24,122 bases of DNA, from contig WALU01000020.1 of the NCBI GenBank assembly GCA_015522685.1, forward strand, positions 1 to 24,122, read 5' to 3'. This DNA is from Thermoproteota archaeon. Lineage in GTDB: Archaea > Korarchaeota > Korarchaeia > Korarchaeales > Korarchaeaceae. The number at the start of each line of letters is the position of its first letter. Positions within the stretch are counted from its first letter, which is position 1. Below the pieces are notes generated by a model. That model did no database searches, was not told where the DNA came from, and was given only the letters and a program-made list of their open reading frames with translations. Position numbers and translations under genes: made by a program. Shown here piece by piece: positions 9,274-18,077 of this stretch.

Positions 9274-9687
9274 CTATCTTATCTCCATTATCTCTACTTC
9301 TTCTATGAATTTCATTTTCTTGATTTTGCCAATCAGCTCTGAGATGCCTAGCTTGCAGAGAGATAAATCTGCAATTATAACCCATTCAGCAGTTTTACCT
9401 CTTCTAATCGTTCTAGATTCTGTTATAAGTAGATCCACTTTCTCTCTTGCGAGGAAAGAAGCTACTTTGGCGAGAACCCCTAATGTATCGGCCATGACTA
9501 TCCTGAGCTTATAGACTTTAGCCTGAAGCTCTGCTAGTGGAACTAGCCTTATTTCTTTTTTCTCAGTATCTGCAATCACAAGGAATTTCATTCCCTCAGC
9601 TAAGCCTAGTATTTTCCTTAATTTTGCTGGTACGGTTATTCTACTTTTCGAATCCATAATCACAAAATCATATACCTCCCCCCCCAT
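9274..9687 (-). CDS. AbrB/MazE/SpoVT DNA-binding domain fused to ACT domain; putative amino-acid-sensing regulator
   Basis: MDSKSRITVPAKLRKILGLAEG (swapped hairpin) followed by DTLGVLAKVASFLAREKVDL (ACT). Confidence 0.88.
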   Translation of the reverse strand: MGGEVYDFVIMDSKSRITVPAKLRKILGLAEGMKFLVIADTEKKEIRLVPLAELQAKVYKLRIVMADTLGVLAKVASFLAREKVDLLITESRTIRRGKTAEWVIIADLSLCKLGISELIGKIKKMKFIEEVEIMEIR

Positions 9688-9689
9688 AC

Positions 9690-9756
9690 TCCCACATGCG
9701 TGGGAATTAAGTAAAGCTTTTAAATTACCAGAATGCAGTGACCCACATATGTGGGA
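9690..9756. promoter_or_regulatory. Divergent promoter: two CCCAC-N4-GTGGG palindromes flanking a central TTTTAAAT box
   Basis: CCCACATGCGTGGG 9691-9704, perfect palindrome CCCACATATGTGGG 9742-9755, TATA-like 9718-9725 readable on both strands. Confidence 0.8.
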
Positions 9757-9769
9757 AGGTGGGTGAAAA

Positions 9770-10603
9770 GTGGGTAAAATCTTAGCATTCCTTCTCCTAG
9801 GAATAGTAATAGGTCTAGCTGCTGGTTACCTGTTAGTAAGCTCGGTAACAGCTCCATCTCAGAATAAATGTCTCTATGAGGCCGGGAAGTTCTCTGGAGT
9901 TCCCAAGAAGGGAGAACAAGTTGTCGTGGTTTACGGGTTCGATGCTAACTATCCCCCTTTTACCGTCATGCAGCCTAATGGAACACCCATTGGCTTTGAT
10001 GTAGATGTAGTAAACATGATTGCAAAGAAATATGGATGGAAAATTATTTATAAGCCATGGGACTGGTCGACAATAGTTACTGCCTTGGAAAAAGGAGATT
10101 TAGACATAATAGCTTCGGGCATGACTATAACTTCTGCTAGATCCCAGAAGATTTGGTTTTCGATTCCATACTATTCCTATGTGCATCAGATTGTCGCCAG
10201 AAGGAATGATACTAGGAGTCTTAGCAAGATACTTAACTCAGGAGATTACATCGCAGTTCAATCTGGCTCAACAGCAGATGAATGGGCTGATAGGCTCCTT
10301 AAAGCTGGCTATAAGTTCAAGAAGCTGGGCTTGGGCTCTTATACATCAGCTCTCAAAGCGCTTCTAGATGGAAGAGCATCTGCTTTCATAACCGATTCTG
10401 CATTCCTTGGCCCATACCTCAAGAAGAACCCCGATATCGAAAATAAGGTGAAGGTACTAGGGAACTTGGGAGCGCCGTATAACTACGCGATAGCCACCAG
10501 GCCCCAAGACAAGTGGCTCAGAGATAAGATAAACGCTGCCCTTGAGGAACTCATGGATAATCCTAAATGGAATGAGCTGCTCAAGAAGTGGGGGCTAGGC
10601 TGA
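9770..10603 (+). CDS. Polar amino acid ABC transporter substrate-binding protein (SBP_bac_3)
   Basis: DANYPPF, GFDVD, DIIASGMTITSARS, AVQSGST; N-terminal TM anchor; GGTGA RBS. Confidence 0.95.
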   Translation: MGKILAFLLLGIVIGLAAGYLLVSSVTAPSQNKCLYEAGKFSGVPKKGEQVVVVYGFDANYPPFTVMQPNGTPIGFDVDVVNMIAKKYGWKIIYKPWDWSTIVTALEKGDLDIIASGMTITSARSQKIWFSIPYYSYVHQIVARRNDTRSLSKILNSGDYIAVQSGSTADEWADRLLKAGYKFKKLGLGSYTSALKALLDGRASAFITDSAFLGPYLKKNPDIENKVKVLGNLGAPYNYAIATRPQDKWLRDKINAALEELMDNPKWNELLKKWGLG

Positions 10604-11278
10604 ATGCCCTCTATCTATTCCTTTTTTAGGTACATACCCTTTGTTGTTGAGGGAACCCTTTGGACGATCTCCTTAGTGCTTGGGGGGTTAGTTATAGGGT
10701 TCTTTATAGGTCTTTCTCTGGCCTTAGTCCAGAGCTTTGGAGGGGAGAGGCTGAAGAAGATGCTAAATATTTACATTTGGTTCTTTAGGGGGACCCCTCT
10801 TCTTGTACTTCTCTCACTCTTCTATTGGGCTGTGTTCCCCTCCTTGGGCTTAGAACTCAGCCCATTAGAGACCAGCATAGCTGTGTTAGGTATGAGGAGT
10901 GGCGCATATCAGTCTCAGATATTTAAGGATTCCATCAATTCAGTAGATTATGGCCAGATACTTGCAGCTAGATCCATAGGGATGTCGAACAGAAAACTCA
11001 TTTCTTATATAGTACTGCCTCAGGCTCTGAGGATCTCTATACCAGCTTGGTCAAATGAATATGCGGTGATACTGAAGGATTCAGCGATATGTTTTGCTTT
11101 AGGTGTAATGGAGATTTTGACTAGAGTTAGATACGTCTCAACGGCAACAGGTCTAGCATTGCTTCCCTACCTATTTGCTGGTGTGTTGTTTTTCATTCTG
11201 ACATTTGCTGGGACTGGGGTTATGGATTTCGTTTATAGAAGAGCCAAAATTCCGGGCATGCTGGAGGGATTAAGGTGA
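10604..11278 (+). CDS. Polar amino acid ABC transporter permease
   Basis: FFRGTPLLV, GQILAARSIGMS, LPQA, LKDSA. Confidence 0.95.
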   Translation: MPSIYSFFRYIPFVVEGTLWTISLVLGGLVIGFFIGLSLALVQSFGGERLKKMLNIYIWFFRGTPLLVLLSLFYWAVFPSLGLELSPLETSIAVLGMRSGAYQSQIFKDSINSVDYGQILAARSIGMSNRKLISYIVLPQALRISIPAWSNEYAVILKDSAICFALGVMEILTRVRYVSTATGLALLPYLFAGVLFFILTFAGTGVMDFVYRRAKIPGMLEGLR

Positions 11279-12030
11279 AGGTGGTAATAAAGGCTGAAAA
11301 TGTTTGGAAGAAGTATGGAAGTACCATAGCTTTGAGAGGAGCTAGTCTTGAACTCAGGGAGGGGGAGACCAAGGTTATAATAGGACCCAGTGGGGCCGGC
11401 AAGAGCACATTCCTCAAGTGCCTCAACCTCTTGATTAGACCTGATGAAGGAAGAATATGTATTGACGGTGAGGAGATAACGTCTCTTAAGGCAGATATTA
11501 TCAGATTAAGGCAAAAGATTGGCTTTGTCTTCCAAGAGTTCAATTTATTTCATCATTTGACAGCAGTAGGAAATATTACGATAGGGCTGACGAAGGTAAA
11601 GGGAATGAGTAAGGAGGATGCCTTAGAGAAGGCTAAGAGGGTACTGAAAATGGTACATATAGGAGAGGATCTATGGAATAAGTACCCCGCTCAACTCTCC
11701 GGAGGACAGAAGCAGAGAGTTGCAATTGCTAGAGCTCTGGCTATGGACCCCCTTGTGATGCTCTATGATGAACCCACCTCTGCCCTAGATCCGGGACTCT
11801 CAAGCGAGGTTCTGCTCGTGATAAAGGATTTATCAGAGAGAGGGATCACTAGCCTAGTGGTTACGCATGAGATGGGGTTTGCCTATGAAGTAGCTGATAC
11901 CATAGCTATCATGAACAACGGGAGGATAATAGAGGAAGGAAGCCCAGAGGAGATGGAATATATGAAGACCAAGGAAGCTAGAAACATCCTAAACAGGTGG
12001 AATGGGATGAAGAATGGGGTTTTGGCTTGA
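11275..12030 (+). CDS. Polar amino acid ABC transporter ATP-binding protein (GlnQ-like)
   Basis: GPSGAGKS, VFQEFNLF, LSGGQKQR, DEPTSALDP, VTHEMGFA. Confidence 0.96.
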   Translation: MKVVIKAENVWKKYGSTIALRGASLELREGETKVIIGPSGAGKSTFLKCLNLLIRPDEGRICIDGEEITSLKADIIRLRQKIGFVFQEFNLFHHLTAVGNITIGLTKVKGMSKEDALEKAKRVLKMVHIGEDLWNKYPAQLSGGQKQRVAIARALAMDPLVMLYDEPTSALDPGLSSEVLLVIKDLSERGITSLVVTHEMGFAYEVADTIAIMNNGRIIEEGSPEEMEYMKTKEARNILNRWNGMKNGVLA

Positions 12031-12682
12031 GTTTATTCCTTCCCTATTCATGGGCCTCCTCACCACTTTCGAACTCGTTGCGATATCAGCTCCCCTAGGA
12101 GTCACCTTAGGCGTGGCACTAGGAACCGCAAGGGTCTATGGAGGTAAGGTCTTAGGATCAATTGCTAGGGCATTTTCAGCCTTATTCAGAGGGTTTCCTC
12201 TTATAGTAACTCTGTTTCTCGTATTCTTCGGGTTGCCCGAGCTTGGCATATACCTATCCCCTATAATATCTGCAATACTTTCCTTTTCCCTTTGCAGTGG
12301 GGCTTATATCTCAGAGTATGTAAGAGGGGCAATTTTATCGGTCGATGAAGGACAATCATTAGCAGCAGAATCTATAGGGATGTCTAAGTTGCAGGAGGTT
12401 TTATACATTGTATTGCCTCAGGCAATTAGAAGAGCTATACTCGGTATATCAAACGAGATAGTGTATATGATCCAGTACTCCTCTCTAGCATTTGCTATAG
12501 GTGTTCAAGAGATGTATTCAGTAGCTAGAACGTACAACTCACTTTACTTTAAATCTTTTGAGATATTCTCCCTGTTAGCTGTTATATACCTAGCGATCAC
12601 TGCGTTAGTTACCCTAATCTTTAGGAAGCTGAGAAAAAGAATAGAACCTTATAGTGATAGTAAAGCAGAGTTCATAGAATAG
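12014..12682 (+). CDS. Polar amino acid ABC transporter permease
   Basis: FRGFPL, AYISEYVRGAI, GQSLAAESIGMS, LPQA. Confidence 0.95.
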   Translation: MGFWLEFIPSLFMGLLTTFELVAISAPLGVTLGVALGTARVYGGKVLGSIARAFSALFRGFPLIVTLFLVFFGLPELGIYLSPIISAILSFSLCSGAYISEYVRGAILSVDEGQSLAAESIGMSKLQEVLYIVLPQAIRRAILGISNEIVYMIQYSSLAFAIGVQEMYSVARTYNSLYFKSFEIFSLLAVIYLAITALVTLIFRKLRKRIEPYSDSKAEFIE

Positions 12683-13156
12683 AATAGAGTACTGACTGAT
12701 CTATGGGCCACCTAAATATTCTATTCCAGCAATAAAAGATGTCAAGATCGACAGTTATTTTGGATAGTTAGTCTTCAAGGAGAAGATCTGATAATCATTC
12801 ACTTCACTTTGAGCTTCTTTATCTCTACTTTAGTCTAGTTTTCTTCTCTTTATCGCCCTAATGAACAACTCTATTCCTCTCAATTTAATTCAGCTTAAGC
12901 CAAGCCACTTATCATAAGCCAAGCTATCCAAGAATCTAGGCTCTCTTTTTATTATTCCAAGGACATTCTAGGGGAGAATATAGCCCAGAAGAGTCTGCCC
13001 ATCATGAGTTTTCAGCGGTTCTTCTTATCCTATCCTCGTTGAGTTTGGAACCGGTGTCCTTGAGTATCTGAACTTCCCATTCCAGCTTCCTGTTCTTGTG
13101 TACTCGATGATTAAGCCATTGCCTGATGTTCCTCCGAGGAGGTGATTGATCCACCT

Positions 13157-14227
13157 TCATGCTGACAGAACGACGGGAGTCATCCCGTAGTACTCAGCGA
13201 CGGTTCTAATGTCTATCCCCACAATTTCAGCTCGCTCATATACTTTCTTCAACCTTTCCCTGAACTTGGGCTCTCTCAGAAGATGATGGTCGAGGAGGAT
13301 GAGTAAGGGATGTACTTCATCAATAATTCTAATTATATTATCAACAGCCCTCCTTAGATTGATTCGATTGAGCATATATCCCAGTGTGTAGGTCGCTGGT
13401 CCATCCAGCAACACAATTGAAGGCTTCTCACTTATTATCCAGTCTGCATAATCTTCTATGATAGGCCCATCGACATCTGAAGAATAGAGGATTTTCTCAC
13501 CTCCTCGCTCGACCACTAATCCTACAACCCAGCCTACCCTGCTAAACTCCACTCCATGGAACATTGGTTCGGTAAACCTGATCACTGTTTCACCGAATGA
13601 GAACTCCCTTCCATCGGCGAACCCTAATCTGAATGTCTCTCCATTATGCTCCGGAATTCTTTCATACCCCTTCCATTTATTCGCCCTAGCTAGGAACCAC
13701 TTCATTCCTTTCTCCAGTAGTTCCTTCTTCCTCTTCTCATAATCACCATATTTCATGCTCATGGCATGAGGTATCTTTCTCAGGGGATTGGGATAGTCCG
13801 ATCCAGCGGGAGGTTCCATCACTTCTGACAGATTCAAGCTCTCCATGGCGAACAGGTGAGAGAAGAAGGTGAGAGCTCTCTTCCTCTGAGAATCATTTAT
13901 GTATTCATTCGGGGACTTAGCCAAAATCAGCCTGTCTCTGTAGAAGGATTCCTCAAAATCTGTGTAATGATCGTAGTGGTAGTGAGTTATAACCACAACA
14001 TCTGCCTGCTTTGAAGCTTTTGATATGGCTTCGTATCCCTCAGCAAGCCACTTCTCTTTATCTTCCCATGAAGCGGGGAAGGACCTGTGCATAATAGCCA
14101 CACCCGGGTCTATGAGGATGGATACATCGGGCGTCCTAACGAAGGTGCAGAAGGATTTTGCCCCAAGGGAGTCCGCCCATACAGGCTCAAGATATATCTG
14201 GCTGAGGATTTTCTTTTTAATTACCAT
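13157..14227 (-). CDS. Metallo-beta-lactamase-fold hydrolase (archaeal UPF0282-like)
   Basis: DSLGAKS, ILIDPG, THYHYDH, FHG, SSD, DHHLLR. Start ATG 14227 or GTG 14236. Confidence 0.88.
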   Translation of the reverse strand: MVIKKKILSQIYLEPVWADSLGAKSFCTFVRTPDVSILIDPGVAIMHRSFPASWEDKEKWLAEGYEAISKASKQADVVVITHYHYDHYTDFEESFYRDRLILAKSPNEYINDSQRKRALTFFSHLFAMESLNLSEVMEPPAGSDYPNPLRKIPHAMSMKYGDYEKRKKELLEKGMKWFLARANKWKGYERIPEHNGETFRLGFADGREFSFGETVIRFTEPMFHGVEFSRVGWVVGLVVERGGEKILYSSDVDGPIIEDYADWIISEKPSIVLLDGPATYTLGYMLNRINLRRAVDNIIRIIDEVHPLLILLDHHLLREPKFRERLKKVYERAEIVGIDIRTVAEYYGMTPVVLSA

Positions 14228-14561
14228 CCTTCTCACGTTGGAAGAGGATATAATACAATAAAGGTTTCCGATAGACCACTTGCTCTATTTAGCTAATCAG
14301 TGAATGAAATTATGGCCAAGCTATTCGTTCGCGCTCGTGTGCTTGGGTGCATTTTATTGGAGACCTTCCTGAGAACCACTTACTTAAATACCGCTACTTC
14401 TTACTTCTCCAGTTTTTCTACATATTACCAAATGTTCTGCATTGAGAATCTAACCCGCTATACCTCTTTGAGATTTTATTTTAGAGCATTCTTTTTGTTT
14501 AAAGGGTTTGGTTTGGTTAAGATAAGATAAGCATAAGTCTTTCAGTTTGATAAAAGAGCAG

Positions 14562-14800
14562 CTATTGAGCCCTTTGCCTAAGCTTATCAATTTCATTCTC
14601 TGGGAGGTACCACCTGCTAGCGAGCTTGATCGCTCTAAACCTTTTCTAGCAAGCTGTCCTAGTAATCAACTCTCATCCCTAAATCCTTGGCTTCATTCAG
14701 CTAGTTCACAAATCTCCTCATCAATTTTTGAAACTTCGGATGGAGGAGGCAGTACGTGACCCGATCCTCCTATGTAGACCTGTTCTCTTCTATCTCTGCC
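14562..14800 (-). pseudogene. Fic-family (Fic + C-terminal HTH) remnant with internal deletion
   Basis: GRDRREQVYIGGSGHVLPPPSEV / KLMRRFVN*LNE is the Fic pre-catalytic segment, fused directly to AKDLGMRVDY / LGQLARKG / RAIKLASRWYLPENEIDKL (excisionase-like HTH); several frameshifts. Confidence 0.7.
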
Positions 14801-15182
14801 AAAAGAGCGTGATCCTCCAGATCCTTGACCTTATCTCCTAATAGAGTTCAGGAAGAGGAGTAAATGTTTATTATATTCAGATGTGGCTTTATTTTACCTC
14901 TATCCTAATTTCATTGTTCAAGTGGAGCATGAGGTCTAGTTCGAAGAACTCCTGAATGGAAAACCAAGCAGGTACTTCAGGAGAAGCAAGTTAGAAAGAG
15001 TCCTTATGTATTCAAGTTCCTGGTAGGCTTTCTTCTCAATCATTTCCTCTTACTTTTAATTAGTTTAATTAATGCATAATCTAACTTTTTACAGGAAGGA
15101 TTTACCTGATTTTTCAAGTTTTAAGCGAAATCTGAAAGAGAAAGACCATTCTCATTATAAATGCTCCCTTGAAAGTGAAGCG

Positions 15183-15731
15183 ATGAGATCCCTGTATGAG
15201 GTAAGAACCCGTAATGGAATGCTGAAACTAGTGGAGGGAAGGTTCAACGTGCTACATGAGATCCCTCTAAGAAGCTCCCTCCTGAGGGCGATGGGGAACA
15301 TGGAAGTTCATTGGAGTGTGGCGGCATTGGGGAGAAACGGAAGGGTTCTGGGGGAGGTGGATGCTCTTTGCTTCCTGCCGAAAGGTAAGACATGGCTCAA
15401 TGCCTTCGAGTTCAAGACATCTCTGAACCATACAGAGGTGGTTAGGCAGGAAGTAAGGGCTAGATTCGTGATCAGCCTAGCTAGGATGTGGCTTAAGTCT
15501 AGGAGAGTAGATGTACTGAGTTGGAGCTATACTGTTGTGGTGAGAGGCAAAGCAGATAACGACCACATAACCGAATTGAGGAATAATAAGATAGGTGTTC
15601 TCACTTGGATGAAGATTGACAATCTGAGTAGATACATCTTCAGGAAGGTAGTGAGAAGGGATATAAAAGAGATTCCTCATATAAGAGTTGGGGAATGGAA
15701 AGGAGGAGAGAAGATTCCACTATATCCTTGA
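15183..15731 (+). CDS. Hypothetical PD-(D/E)XK nuclease-fold protein
   Basis: E...GEVDALC...AFEFKT motif. ATG 15183 lies ~22 nt after TTATAAA (15155-15161), preferred over ORF-track start 15072. Confidence 0.7.
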   Translation: MRSLYEVRTRNGMLKLVEGRFNVLHEIPLRSSLLRAMGNMEVHWSVAALGRNGRVLGEVDALCFLPKGKTWLNAFEFKTSLNHTEVVRQEVRARFVISLARMWLKSRRVDVLSWSYTVVVRGKADNDHITELRNNKIGVLTWMKIDNLSRYIFRKVVRRDIKEIPHIRVGEWKGGEKIPLYP

Positions 15732-15968
15732 TTCTTGAGGCGTACGCCTTAGGAGGCTCATCATCCTGCCTGATAAGTTAGTGCAGCGCAATCTAATCTA
15801 TACCATGTGATAAGTGGCTTGGCCGAATTTCTTCAAGCTACCATTTGCTTCGCTAGTGCTCCTCTTCTAAACAAATTACAGGACAAGCAAGGTAAGGAAT
15901 TTCATATACGGAAAATTGCTCCTTTTAAGATTCGCTATTCTCCGTGTTTTCATTATTATAGAAGCTGA

Positions 15969-16008
15969 ACTTCTAATACTTTAAATATATATTAGAAGTA
16001 TTAATACT
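15969..16008 (+). promoter_or_regulatory. TATA box enclosed by a 10-bp inverted repeat plus a 12-bp palindrome, upstream of ATPase gene
   Basis: ACTTCTAATA (15969-15978) / TATTAGAAGT (15990-15999) around TTTAAATA; AGTATTAATACT at 15997-16008. Confidence 0.65.
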
Positions 16009-16009
16009 A

Positions 16010-17218
16010 ATGATCCCCTTCAAGACCCTCAACCCATGGTGGGGTGGGGAAAGAGAGTCACGTCATAGCAAAGTGGAAATCGATGAAGTATAGATGGGTT
16101 CCTACGTGGCTTGAAGATCTGTCCCTCGAACCCTTCTCCCTGAATTTCGTCATAGGTCCCAGACAAGTTGGAAAAACGACAGGAATGCATTTGCTCATTA
16201 AAAGCTGATGGATAATGGGGTCGAACCTAAGAGCATACTATATCTAGACCTTGACCTGATATGGGATCTAGATACGTTCAAAAGGGCATTAGACGATTAT
16301 CTAGCGATGAGAAGGACTGAAGGACATGATGGAGCATTCATACTATTGGATGAAGTCACGAGTCTGCTTGGCTGGTGGAAGCTTGTGAAGGGCTACATAG
16401 ATGTCGGTATCTTCACTAGGGATGTGCTTGTACTAACAGGATCATCGTCACTCAAGCTGAGTGGAGAGGTTGAGCTTTTCCCAGGGAGAATGGGAAAAGG
16501 AAGGCTTGTGAAGGCCCTTCCCCTCTCCTTCAGGGAGTTCCTCGGGTTGATGGGGATATGTGTTAAAAGAACTGGAGACATTGAGGGGGATATGGCCAGG
16601 CTCCTTCCTCACAGGGAAGAGATCAGGCGACTTTTTGATCTATACATGAAAGTTGGAGGCTTCCCCCTATCCATAAACTCGGATTCATCAGCAGGCAACG
16701 CTTTGATTAAATCCTTTATAGGGGAGATCATCAGGCTGGGCAGGAGGCCATCTCTCGCCATGTCCGTGCTGGGATCCCTTTTCAGAAAGGCGCCATCTTC
16801 GGTATCCTACAGCTCAATAGGGAGGGATGTTGGTATCTCTTACAAGACCGCTAGGGATTATCTTGAGGTACTAGATGGTCTCATGATCTTAGGCCAAGCT
16901 CCCTTCATGGAAGGTAAGCAGGTCAAATGGAGAAAGGAGAAGAAGTTCTTCATTAGGGATCCATTCCTAGCTCTTACTCTCTCCCGATGGACTGGGATCG
17001 AATTCCTCCCCAGTGCCCTCTATGAATGGGTAGTCCAAGAGCATATTTACAGGAGATTCGGGAGGATTGGGTACTGGAGAGATGGGTACGAGATCGATGT
17101 AGTAGCTGACGGAATGAGAGTGGAGGTTAAGGCTGGTAAGCCACACAGGCGATATCCTAAGAAAGTGAAAGTGCTTGATGAGGATAACCTGGCAGAGTTC
17201 CTAGCTGTGGTTGTGTAA
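16010..17218 (+). pseudogene. AAA_14 / DUF4143 ATPase-wHTH-nuclease, doubly frameshifted in the 5' part
   Basis: MIPFKTLNPWW from ATG 16010. The Walker A segment GPRQVGKTT is in another frame (shifts at G-run ~16040-16049 and A-run 16200-16203). ORF 16208-17218 has Walker B LLDEV, TGSS, GGFP, wHTH and YEID...VEVK. Confidence 0.88.
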
Positions 17219-17339
17219 CTATTACAGCAAATCTCTCATTTTAGCGGGCATTCATGCCGATAGTAGCGATCATGCGGAAGGGCGGCATTCGAATGAAACG
17301 TTAAATATATACCCATGATCCCATCACAAAAATTACATA

Positions 17340-18077
17340 ATGGAGGAAAAGTGTTCCATTGAAGTACTTAGTCTGCATAAGAGATATGGAGATACTAAAG
17401 CTCTTAGAGGCCTGACCTTCAGTGTGGAGCCAGGTGAGATATACGGGCTACTAGGCCCCAACGGAGCTGGGAAGACAACAACCCTGAAGATACTGGTGGG
17501 TCTCGTCAGGCCAGATCGTGGAACGGCTAGAATCTGTGGACGCAGTGTGACCTCCCAAAGGGTCGAGGCTTTGAGCTTCGTTGGGTATATACCGGAGAAC
17601 CCTATCTGCTTTCAAAATTTAACCATCAGAGAGTTCTTAGAGTTCATAGGTTCGCTGAGAGAATTGAGTCGGGAGGACGTTGAGGAAGCCATGAGCTATT
17701 ACCTCGAAATATTCGAATTGAAGGAAAAGAGAAATGAGTACGTGAGTAACCTATCACGAGGCATGATTCAGAAGGTTCTAGCCTCAGCAGCATTCATGGT
17801 TAGGCCTAAGGTTCTTATAATGGATGAGCCAATGGCTGGCATGGACCCAGAGGCTCAGCATGTGTTTAAAGAGGAGGTCCGGAGGATGGTCTCTAGAGGT
17901 ACAGCAGTTCTGATATCCAGCCACCTCCTAGATATGGTAGAGAAGTTCTGCACCAGAATCGGTATAATAAACAGGGGAGTGCTAATCGCTGAAGGAGGGT
18001 TGGATGATCTCAGGCGTAGAGCTGGGGAGGAAGCATCCCTAGAAGATGTCTTCCTGAAACTAGTTGAGGAATCTTGA
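17340..18077 (+). CDS. ABC exporter ATP-binding protein (multidrug/CcmA-like)
   Basis: GPNGAGKTT, LSRGMIQK, IMDEP, SSH; TTAAATATA ~30 nt upstream. Confidence 0.95.
   Translation: MEEKCSIEVLSLHKRYGDTKALRGLTFSVEPGEIYGLLGPNGAGKTTTLKILVGLVRPDRGTARICGRSVTSQRVEALSFVGYIPENPICFQNLTIREFLEFIGSLRELSREDVEEAMSYYLEIFELKEKRNEYVSNLSRGMIQKVLASAAFMVRPKVLIMDEPMAGMDPEAQHVFKEEVRRMVSRGTAVLISSHLLDMVEKFCTRIGIINRGVLIAEGGLDDLRRRAGEEASLEDVFLKLVEES

Noticed and set aside
8811-9514. ORFs 8811-9005 (-) and 9206-9514 (+)
   Set aside because: Antisense to the repaired MNT-like pseudogene and to the AbrB-ACT gene respectively.
12683-13156. Coding-like fragments on the minus strand between the amino acid permease and MBL hydrolase
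   Set aside because: Probably gene debris, but multiple stops and no motif I can assign.
14300-14759. ORFs 14300-14530 and 14547-14759 (+)
   Set aside because: Atypical composition; the second is antisense to the Fic remnant.
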